A program made the position numbers and the translations under genes. A stretch of DNA of 52,582 nt, from IMG/VR virus record IMGVR_UViG_3300023284_000581, positions 1 to 52,582 of that record. One strand, given 5' to 3'. This document shows, in pieces, positions 45,393-52,582 of the stretch. Numbering within the stretch: the stretch's first letter is position 1; the number at the start of each line of letters is the position of its first letter. The stretch is from a virus. Taxonomy: Duplodnaviria; Caudoviricetes. The notes under the pieces were generated by a model. That model was not told where the DNA came from and did not search any database. It was given only the letters and a program-made list of their open reading frames with translations.

Positions 45393-46151
45393 ATGAAACA
45401 CGAAACCCTCGCACGCATGGCTTTAGCCGCTTACCTGCCGTTGGAACCGGCCGAGTCGCTGTTCATCGACGACGGTTGGTCACTCAAGCTGATCGAACGC
45501 AACGAGACGCAGTGCATGGTGTTCAAGGGCGCGGACGATCTGGTGTTTGCGTTCCGCGGTACCGAGCGAAAGTGGCGGGACATCCGGGCGGACCTGGATC
45601 TTCGCTGGAAACCGATCGACGGCGCGGGTCATGTCTACCGGGGTTTCCACGATGCGATGTGTCAGGTGCGAGACGAACTGTTTGCCCTGGCTGACCGCGC
45701 GGGTGGGCGGAAAGTCAGTGTCACGGGGCACAGTCTGGGTGGGGCTGAGTCGTATCTTTTTGCGTGCTTCCTTGAACGCAGCGGTGTCCGAGTCGATCAA
45801 GTCGTGACTTTTGGGGCCCCCCGACCTGGCGATCGTCGATACCGCGACGTTTACAACAACTGGCTTGTTCATAAGACCTATCGCTACATGCTGTTTACCG
45901 ATCCGGTGTGCCTCGTGCCATCCAATATTCGCGGTGGGCGACACGTCGGTGGCAACTTCGCGTGGTGGACCGGCCTGCGCTGGCGCTACAAGTTTCAGTG
46001 GTGGCGCGCGGCGATTGTCGGGACGGTCGTGCGGTTGCTGCTCGGCTTGGGTTCAAGCCATCCCATGAAGGGCTACGTGGATGTGCTGCGCCGCCATGAG
46101 GACGAGATTGCTCTGAACGGAAACGGTGCGGTGCTGGCGGGGGGTGAATGA
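45393..46151 (+). CDS. Class 3 lipase (Lipase_3, alpha/beta hydrolase)
   Basis: VFAFRGTE, GHVYRGFH, VTGHSLGGA (Ser), VVTFGAPRPG, DPVCLVP (Asp) and HPMKGY (His). Confidence 0.93.
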   Translation: MKHETLARMALAAYLPLEPAESLFIDDGWSLKLIERNETQCMVFKGADDLVFAFRGTERKWRDIRADLDLRWKPIDGAGHVYRGFHDAMCQVRDELFALADRAGGRKVSVTGHSLGGAESYLFACFLERSGVRVDQVVTFGAPRPGDRRYRDVYNNWLVHKTYRYMLFTDPVCLVPSNIRGGRHVGGNFAWWTGLRWRYKFQWWRAAIVGTVVRLLLGLGSSHPMKGYVDVLRRHEDEIALNGNGAVLAGGE

Positions 46152-46933
46152 TGGGCGTAGTCCCTGGAATCCTAAACGGCGGCGCAACGCTGATCGGCCC
46201 TACGACTGATGGCACGGCCAATCAGGTGATGGAGACTGACGGCGCTGGTAATCTGTCGTTTGTCACGCCTGCAGGCGGCGGGGGTTTGGCTGATGGTATC
46301 GCGATCGTAAAGGATCATGAAGTCATACAGGTGGTTGATGTCCACATGGACAATCATCACCAAGTGGGATCGAGCGGCACAGGATCATCGACAGGCAACG
46401 GTCAACGTCGCCACCATTTGGCGACCGGGACCACGGCTGGATCAACGGGGTGGGTCAAGTTTTTCGACGAGAGCTTCATAAATCTATCAGCTACTGAAGC
46501 TGATAGCGCAATGAATTTTAGTAAGGCTATGGAGGCAGTATTTGTACTGTCGCAACTGAACACTACCGCAAACGGGATACTGCGTCTATGGTTCGGTTCT
46601 GATGGCACGCCAACAACCAACCTGGTGGAGAAGACCATGGGGTTTGAAATCCAAGGCAACGCCATTAAGGGCGCACACTATGGGACTTCCGAGGTAATCA
46701 CTGATCTGTCTACCACAGTCACCGCCGATAAGACGACTATTTTAAGGGTATCCAACGACGGCGCGGGCAATCTTGAATGGTTTGTCAATGGCACCACAAA
46801 GGCGACGGCTTCAACTGGGCCGACAGGCACTTTAACTGCTGGCGTTGGGCTGAGTGCTGGGGTTATTAACGGGGCGGACGCAGCTCAGTATTTCTTCTCC
46901 CTTGCCCAAATACGATTGGCGGTAGCACAATGA
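46148..46933 (+). CDS. Virion fibre/appendage-like protein
   Basis: PTTDGTANQVMETDGAGNLSFV fibre-type repeat followed by a beta-sandwich (ConA-like EWFVNG). Confidence 0.65.
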   Translation: MMGVVPGILNGGATLIGPTTDGTANQVMETDGAGNLSFVTPAGGGGLADGIAIVKDHEVIQVVDVHMDNHHQVGSSGTGSSTGNGQRRHHLATGTTAGSTGWVKFFDESFINLSATEADSAMNFSKAMEAVFVLSQLNTTANGILRLWFGSDGTPTTNLVEKTMGFEIQGNAIKGAHYGTSEVITDLSTTVTADKTTILRVSNDGAGNLEWFVNGTTKATASTGPTGTLTAGVGLSAGVINGADAAQYFFSLAQIRLAVAQ

Positions 46934-47142
46934 AAATCGAAGTCACAAGAGACAATTTGAATTTAAGATCACCGATCGACATTGCCGAGCAGTTCGGCAT
47001 TAAGGATCAGTTAACCGAGCTTCCCTCGATACTGGTTGAACGCGATCGCGTTGTGTTGGACTTTCCCGGCGTACCAGAGGACGCGCGAAAGCGCGCCGAA
47101 TTCGAAGCCTACGGCCTAAAACTACTTGAGCAAAGTCGATAA
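46930..47142 (+). CDS. Hypothetical protein
   Basis: Coupled ORF. Confidence 0.55.
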   Translation: MKIEVTRDNLNLRSPIDIAEQFGIKDQLTELPSILVERDRVVLDFPGVPEDARKRAEFEAYGLKLLEQSR

Positions 47143-47831
47143 TGGCAACCACGCCGATCCAATTCAAAGCACCGACCGGGCTGTCGCTTAAGCTAGAGCT
47201 ATATCCGTTTGGCAGTGATACCATCGCCAACGGGGCGGGGGGCGACACCGCGGCCGAGAAGACCAATGCGGACGGCCTGTATTCTGCTGATGTAACCCAG
47301 AACATTACGGGTCTGCATGATGCGGTTATTGTTGACGGGTCGGACAATTTGATCGCGACTTACTCGGTCAACATCCGTGCGGATGACGCGACGATCTATC
47401 GGTGTTCCGATGACGTGGCGGGGCTGGTGGCGCTGCCGGATGCCCAGATAAACAACTTCGATCCTGCGTCTGATGCGGTCGGAACGGTTACGATTTTGAC
47501 CGGTCACACCGCCCAAACCGGGGACAGCTTCGCGCGGATCGGGGCGGCGGGGGTGAGCCTCACAGACTTGGGTGGTATGTCTACAACGATGAAGGCCCAG
47601 GTAAATACCGAAGTTGACGGGGCTCTTGATACTGCTATCGCTGAGTTAGCCAGTGAGCCAGGGGCGACTCCGACCCTGCGTACCGGGTTGATGCTGCTTT
47701 ATATGTGGCTGCGGAACAACACGCAGGATACGGCAACAGCACGCAAGATTCTAAACGATGCCGGGACTACCATCGCAACGGGCACTATGGCCGACGATGG
47801 AACCACCTTCGCGCAAGGGAAACTGTCATAG
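47142..47831 (+). CDS. Putative virion structural protein
   Basis: Ala/Thr/Asp-rich; C-terminal NDAGTTIAT...DDGTTF. Confidence 0.65.
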   Translation: MATTPIQFKAPTGLSLKLELYPFGSDTIANGAGGDTAAEKTNADGLYSADVTQNITGLHDAVIVDGSDNLIATYSVNIRADDATIYRCSDDVAGLVALPDAQINNFDPASDAVGTVTILTGHTAQTGDSFARIGAAGVSLTDLGGMSTTMKAQVNTEVDGALDTAIAELASEPGATPTLRTGLMLLYMWLRNNTQDTATARKILNDAGTTIATGTMADDGTTFAQGKLS

Positions 47832-48157
47832 CGATCAACACCGAGACAAGACGACGGTCGGCCCTTCGATCGGTCCACGCGGTTCCGGACGGGACTATCA
47901 GTTCCCTAGACCGGCGCCATGCGCTGCGGATCTATGCGGGCATTGAGACTGCGCCGGTGGGCCCGGCCTGCACGCCGGCCAACAGTAACTGGGTGGGCGA
48001 TGTGGCGGCTGGCTCAAACGCCCCGGGCGATCTGGTGCCGAACAGTAATTGGCCAGGTGATCTAGTTCCAGCAAGCAACGCCCCGGGCGATGTGTTGACC
48101 AACAGCAATACCCCGGGCAGCATCGCCGTAACCTCAACATGGGACACATGTAACTGA
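47828..48157 (+). CDS. Hypothetical structural protein with 10-aa tandem repeats; probable ATA start
   Basis: AAGGGA SD 7 nt before ATA-GCG-ATC-AAC overlapping the upstream TAG; SN(W/A/T)PGD repeats at ~47980-48130. Confidence 0.55.
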   Translation: MAINTETRRRSALRSVHAVPDGTISSLDRRHALRIYAGIETAPVGPACTPANSNWVGDVAAGSNAPGDLVPNSNWPGDLVPASNAPGDVLTNSNTPGSIAVTSTWDTCN

Positions 48158-48501
48158 TGGCAACGAACGCAGGCACATTGATAGTCTTCGAGGGGACTGA
48201 TCGAGACCTTGACTTTACCCACAGCGGTAATGATGCGTCTACTGCCACGGCGATTCTTTTTACGGTGACCGATGATCCGGGCGTGACCACACTGAACGGC
48301 AAAACCGCGATTAGTAAGACGCTGGGCGCAGGCATCACCGCGCCGGATTCGACTTCAATAATCGTGGCACTGGCCGATACCGACCTCGACGGGTTCGGCG
48401 GCGTGTTGGGCTATTTCGATTTGCGCGTGACGGATGCCAGCGGGAACGAGGATGTGGTGGCGTTTGGTGTGCTGGATATACGGCCAAGTAATACGGATTA
48501 G
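48157..48501 (+). CDS. Putative virion adaptor (BppU-N-like beta sandwich)
   Basis: IIVALADTD...YFDLRVTDASG...VAFGVLDI pattern. Confidence 0.55.
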   Translation: MATNAGTLIVFEGTDRDLDFTHSGNDASTATAILFTVTDDPGVTTLNGKTAISKTLGAGITAPDSTSIIVALADTDLDGFGGVLGYFDLRVTDASGNEDVVAFGVLDIRPSNTD

Positions 48502-48512
48502 GAGTCGAACTC

Positions 48513-48686
48513 ATGGCAGACAAATGGGAAAAAGTCGCGGGACTACTTGCAAAGCGTATAGCGCAACTTGAATGCAAGGCAGTCGATATGGAGAAGCGAG
48601 TGGGCAAGGCCGAGCTTGCAACGGCGGCGCTGGCTGCGCGGGTAGCGAAGCTTGAGCCCGAAGTCGCAGAAGCGGATACAGATTGA
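48513..48686 (+). CDS. Small coiled-coil protein (57 aa)
   Basis: AGGAG SD; MADKWEKVAGLLAKRIAQLE...; below the ORF-track size cutoff. Confidence 0.55.
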   Translation: MADKWEKVAGLLAKRIAQLECKAVDMEKRVGKAELATAALAARVAKLEPEVAEADTD

Positions 48687-48743
48687 TCTTATTAAGCCAA
48701 ACCGGTGATTTCCACTTGGTTTGGCAGATGCGGGAGAACAGGC

Positions 48744-48971
48744 ATGGAAAGCGAAGGATTGATTGTGCAATACCCAGGGCGTGAACCGCAGACATTCCGC
48801 TACGCCGTGAGCGTGGTTGAACGTGGTGGCCTGCGCCATCTGGTAGATCGGCTCGGCAACTGGGTGCAGACCGTATTTGATGACCGAGCTTTTATCGGGA
48901 ATCAGCGCGAGCATATATGGAATCAAGTAGGCGATGGGCCGTTCAGTGATGTGTTTAAGGGAATGTTCTGA
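48744..48971 (+). CDS. Hypothetical protein
   Basis: GGGAG SD; TGATG coupling downstream. Confidence 0.5.
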   Translation: MESEGLIVQYPGREPQTFRYAVSVVERGGLRHLVDRLGNWVQTVFDDRAFIGNQREHIWNQVGDGPFSDVFKGMF

Positions 48972-49387
48972 TGATCAAGCCCAGCGACGGATATAATGGA
49001 AATGGCGATGGGGGTCAGGGGGACTCCGCCTCGCCACTTTCAACTAGCGACGGACACCACGACCGCGACGACGTGCGGCAGCTTGTGCGCGCCATCACCG
49101 CGGGATGGCTCAAGGGCGATGCGTTCGAGAAAGCAGTTGATCGTCTCAAGGTGCTGGCCGAAGGCAGCCATGACGACCGGGTAAAGCTCGGCGCCGAAAA
49201 GGGCCTGATCGACATTGCCAAGCTGGGGCTGAATGTGGCTGAGTTCGAGGATAAGGCGAATCGGTTGGACAGTGGCGGCGCGACTGATCGGGTCGAGTTC
49301 CTCCCCATGAAAGTCCTGCCCCCCGACTGCCTGAACGACATCCGCAACACCGCCAAATCGAACGGGAATGGGAGTAACGGCAAATGA
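48971..49387 (+). CDS. Possible terminase small subunit
   Basis: Helical 138 aa protein shortly upstream of TerL; positional inference only. Confidence 0.4.
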   Translation: MIKPSDGYNGNGDGGQGDSASPLSTSDGHHDRDDVRQLVRAITAGWLKGDAFEKAVDRLKVLAEGSHDDRVKLGAEKGLIDIAKLGLNVAEFEDKANRLDSGGATDRVEFLPMKVLPPDCLNDIRNTAKSNGNGSNGK

Positions 49388-49638
49388 CTCAAGTCAAAGT
49401 GTACGAATACACAGTGGGCTACAAACTGGATGGCAAGGGGGCCGTGTTTCATTGGACATTCCGTGCAGCAGACGAAGAGGATGCAAGAGGGCAATTAAAG
49501 CAATTATCTAAAGGATCATCACACAAGCGGCACGTTACCTCGGTAACGCAAGGGCGATACTTGGGGTCAAATCCTATGAAGCTCAGATGTAGCGGAGAGG
49601 TCTACGCCGCGCCGGCACTGCCATGGCTGGCACCATAA
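49384..49638 (+). CDS. Hypothetical protein
   Basis: ATGA overlap. Confidence 0.45.
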   Translation: MTQVKVYEYTVGYKLDGKGAVFHWTFRAADEEDARGQLKQLSKGSSHKRHVTSVTQGRYLGSNPMKLRCSGEVYAAPALPWLAP

Positions 49639-49645
49639 AAGAACA

Positions 49646-51061
49646 ATGCCGATTACCACCCTCGACACCCCGCCCACCGCTCAAGACAACGTGTACCGCC
49701 CTTACGGCGCTGCCCGCGAGCTATGGCGTGCCCGCGATGAACAGGTCCTGCTCGAGGGTCCGGCCGGTACGGGCAAGACCCGCGCGCTGTGTGAGTACGC
49801 CTTTGCCTTGGCCTGTGAGTATGACGGCTGCCGCATCCTGTTCATCAGGCAGACGCGCGAGTCGATGACCGAATCGGTGCTGGTCACCTGGGAAGAGAAG
49901 GTGGTGCCCGCCCAGCATCCGTGCCTCGTCGGTCCCAAGCGAAACGGGCGGCAGGCCTACGTGTTCCCCAACCGCAGCGAGATCGTGGTGGCGGGCATGA
50001 AATCGAACGGCCGCGACCAATCGGCCAAGATCATGTCCACCGAGTTCGATCTGATATGCGTCTTTGAGGCCACCGAGATAGCCGAGGGCGACTTTGAAAA
50101 ACTGACCACACGGCTCCGGAATGGTGTTATCCCGTGGCAACAGATCGTGGCCGACTGCAATCCCGGCGCCACCACCCACTGGCTGAACCGCCGGGCTAAT
50201 GATTCCAAGATGGCCAGGCTGCTATCCCGCCATGAGGACAACCCGGTCCTGTATCGCAACGGCAAGTGGACTGCCGCGGGCGTTAATTACATCGGCAAGC
50301 TGGACGCCCTGACCGGTCCGCGCCGTGAGCGATTGCGGTTCGGGCGCTGGGCAACATCTGAAGGCGTGGTGTATGAGAACTGGGATCCGGCTGTACATCT
50401 GATTGACGCCTTCCCGATTCCAGACGACTGGGAGCGGTATCGGTGCATCGACTTCGGGTACACCAATCCGTTCGTATGCGGCTGGTGGGCGATGGACCCG
50501 GATGGGCGACTCTATCGTTATCGCGAGATTTACCACACCAAGCGCATCGTGGCTGACCATGCTATCCAGATCAAGGACTTAAGTGGCGATGAGCGATTCG
50601 AAGACACCGTAGCCGACCATGACGCGGAGGACCGGGCGACCCTGGACCGAGCGGGTATAGGCACGTCATCGGCCAAGAAGGCGGTCAGGCCTGGAATCGA
50701 CGCGGTGACCGACCGGCTCAAGATCCAAGACGACGGCAAGGCTCGGCTCTACATCTTCAGGGACTGCCTGGTTGAAGTGGATGAGAAACTGCGCGAGGCT
50801 CATAAGCCGATCTGCCTTGCCGAGGAATTCGATAGCTACATCTGGAGAAAGTCAGTCGAGGGAAAGCCGATCAAGGAAGAGCCAGTCAAGACGGACGACC
50901 ACGGCATGGACGAGATGCGCTACATCGTGATGCAGTTGGACGCGACCACCGCGATCGACGCCCGCGTACTCGGCCAGGACCTGGACGATTCAGACCACGA
51001 CCCGTTCGACGAGTACGAAGAGGACTGGTCGGCGGGTCAGCATGAATGGGGAGGGAACTGA
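49646..51061 (+). CDS. terL: Terminase large subunit (PBSX-like)
   Basis: Walker A EGPAGTGKT, Walker B-like ICVFEATE, DCNP coupling motif, nuclease CIDFGYTNP and DDHGMDEMRY. Confidence 0.93.
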   Translation: MPITTLDTPPTAQDNVYRPYGAARELWRARDEQVLLEGPAGTGKTRALCEYAFALACEYDGCRILFIRQTRESMTESVLVTWEEKVVPAQHPCLVGPKRNGRQAYVFPNRSEIVVAGMKSNGRDQSAKIMSTEFDLICVFEATEIAEGDFEKLTTRLRNGVIPWQQIVADCNPGATTHWLNRRANDSKMARLLSRHEDNPVLYRNGKWTAAGVNYIGKLDALTGPRRERLRFGRWATSEGVVYENWDPAVHLIDAFPIPDDWERYRCIDFGYTNPFVCGWWAMDPDGRLYRYREIYHTKRIVADHAIQIKDLSGDERFEDTVADHDAEDRATLDRAGIGTSSAKKAVRPGIDAVTDRLKIQDDGKARLYIFRDCLVEVDEKLREAHKPICLAEEFDSYIWRKSVEGKPIKEEPVKTDDHGMDEMRYIVMQLDATTAIDARVLGQDLDDSDHDPFDEYEEDWSAGQHEWGGN

Positions 51062-51423
51062 TGGGCTGGGGTTCACCAATAGAAAAAGAAAATATCACCG
51101 ACCGATCCGCGCCTAACGAGGTAAAGCCAACCGATTGCACCTGTGATTGGCCTGTCGTGAGTTACCCAAACGGACATGGCCACCATCCATCATGCCCGTT
51201 TGGGGTTAGATGGAACCTGCTAGCACAGGGAAGCGGCAATCCCATGTTGCTGCCGGACAAACCGATGGAGTACGCATTGCCGGCGACCAACATCACAGTA
51301 GCGATAACCGAACAGATCGGCGCAGTAAGCGTGACATTCATGGCGGCCTCGACCGAGCAATTAGCTGAGCTTATGGAGAACCAGCGGATACGGAAGTCAA
51401 TGAAATCAGGAGGCGAAAACTAG
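51061..51423 (+). CDS. Hypothetical protein
   Basis: TGATG coupling; CTC...HHPSC motif. Confidence 0.5.
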   Translation: MGWGSPIEKENITDRSAPNEVKPTDCTCDWPVVSYPNGHGHHPSCPFGVRWNLLAQGSGNPMLLPDKPMEYALPATNITVAITEQIGAVSVTFMAASTEQLAELMENQRIRKSMKSGGEN

Positions 51424-51426
51424 CCA

Positions 51427-51654
51427 ATGCTCAAACACCTGGACCCCAACATCAAAACCGCTTTACAGACCGGCCTGGCCCTGAGCTTTCTGCTCGGCAT
51501 GATCGCGTTGGGGGCCGCGCTGGTCTGGTCGTTCTTCGTCCCGCTGACTTTCGCCGAGTGCCTGGTGCCGATCAGTGGCGGCTGGTTCATCTTGTCGGCC
51601 ATCGTCCTGGGGGGCTGTGCAATCTTCTTAACCCGTAAGCTTGAAAAGGGCTGA
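51427..51654 (+). CDS. Two-TM membrane protein
   Basis: AGGAGG SD; two hydrophobic segments and basic C-terminus. Confidence 0.65.
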   Translation: MLKHLDPNIKTALQTGLALSFLLGMIALGAALVWSFFVPLTFAECLVPISGGWFILSAIVLGGCAIFLTRKLEKG

Positions 51655-51658
51655 GTAA

Positions 51659-52582
51659 ATGGGGTTCCTTACAAAACTACGTCACAGCAACGTCGTGGCC
51701 GCGCGCGTCAAGGCCCAGACCGAGCCCGAGAAGTTCCTCGAGTCAACGGTTCGGATCATCGACGGTGGTCCGCATTCGATCTACGGCAAGCCATGGCCGG
51801 CCGATTACCACGCCTTCATGGTGCAGGCTCAATCGTGGGCCTACGCCGCGGCGATGGGTAACGCGCGGACCGCCGCGAGCGTGGCGATGCGACTGTTTGT
51901 CCGAACGACCCGCACGACCAAGGGCCAGTCGGTGCATCCGTTTCTCAAGCGCGCCAACGGCGACCCAATGGAGTTCTGCCATCCGACACAGAAGGTCGAT
52001 CCGCATACGCGCCGCTATCTCAAGGGCCAATTTGCGCACAAGCCGTCGATGGCGGTCCAGCGCAAGGTCATGGCGTTCGGCGAAGACTTCGAAGAGGTTA
52101 CGGATCATCCGCTTCTGCAGTTGTTCCGTAAGGTCAATTCCGAGATGGACGGGTACCAATTCGCGGTGCTGCGCTTCCTGTCGCAGGAGATTACCGGGAA
52201 CTTCTACATGCACCCGATCATGGGCCAGGTGCTTGGCCACCCGCAACCGGTCGAACTCTGGCCGATGCTGCCCCATTGGGTGCGCGTGCTGGTGGCCGAA
52301 CCGGATACCAATGAACTGGTCGAGGGTTATGTCTACGGATCTCAGGGTTCAAACCGTCAACGCTTCGAACCGGACGAGGTTGTGCACTTCAAGTACACCA
52401 ACCCGCGCGATCTGATTTACGGACTGGGCAAGTTCGAGGCCGCTTGGTCGGCGATCCATGTACTGCATTCGAAGCGCACGGCCGACATATCGTTCTTCGA
52501 AAACAATGCCCGGCCGGACTTCCTGCTGACCGCCAAACCCGGGACCAACCCGGATCAGGTCGATCGCCTGGATTCGAAAATC
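51659..52582 (+). CDS. Portal protein, N-terminal part (continues into 1-1413)
   Basis: ATG 51659 open to the window end: HPLLQLFRKVN, GNFY, PVELWPMLP, FEPDEVVHFKYTNP..YGLG are HK97 portal motifs. Missing from the ORF track because it runs off the end. Confidence 0.92.
   Translation, partial: MGFLTKLRHSNVVAARVKAQTEPEKFLESTVRIIDGGPHSIYGKPWPADYHAFMVQAQSWAYAAAMGNARTAASVAMRLFVRTTRTTKGQSVHPFLKRANGDPMEFCHPTQKVDPHTRRYLKGQFAHKPSMAVQRKVMAFGEDFEEVTDHPLLQLFRKVNSEMDGYQFAVLRFLSQEITGNFYMHPIMGQVLGHPQPVELWPMLPHWVRVLVAEPDTNELVEGYVYGSQGSNRQRFEPDEVVHFKYTNPRDLIYGLGKFEAAWSAIHVLHSKRTADISFFENNARPDFLLTAKPGTNPDQVDRLDSKI
52439..52582. repeat. Terminal direct repeat (copy 2)
   Basis: Identical to 1-144. Confidence 0.97.

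Noticed and set aside
51765-52415. 216 aa Arg-rich ORF and the antisense 177 aa ORF
   Set aside because: Shadow frames of the portal gene, which is open from 51659 to the window end.

Overview
The window is an apparently complete, circular genome of a temperate tailed phage (about 52,438 bp unique; bases 1-144 are repeated at 52439-52582 and the portal gene reads through the join). It has siphovirus-type, HK97-like head genes (terminase, portal, MuF-like morphogenesis protein, prohead protease, major capsid) and a neck/tail module with a -1 frameshifted tail chaperone and a very short tape measure. It also carries a lysogenic-conversion pair on the minus strand, a divergent ribbon-helix-helix switch with three palindromic operators, RecE/RecT recombination, Rep plus DnaB replication, two DNA methyltransferases flanking an acyl carrier protein, and a tyrosine integrase beside an intact attP matching the 3' part of tRNA-Pro(GGG). 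Two tRNA-type RNAs are present. The most unusual observations are: (1) no recognisable endolysin, but a holin-like / lipoprotein / class-3 lipase cassette with a structured leader; (2) a Tat-signal-bearing paralogue of a tail-region protein; (3) a tRNA-like RNA whose anticodon arm is replaced by a ~70 nt structured domain; (4) four GGA-loop hairpin repeats in the capsid leader; (5) perfect DnaA boxes at the integrase start; (6) recurrent leaderless genes together with an initiator-like tRNA. All family calls come from reading motifs by eye, not from database searches. The host is unknown; Planctomycetota is only a guess.
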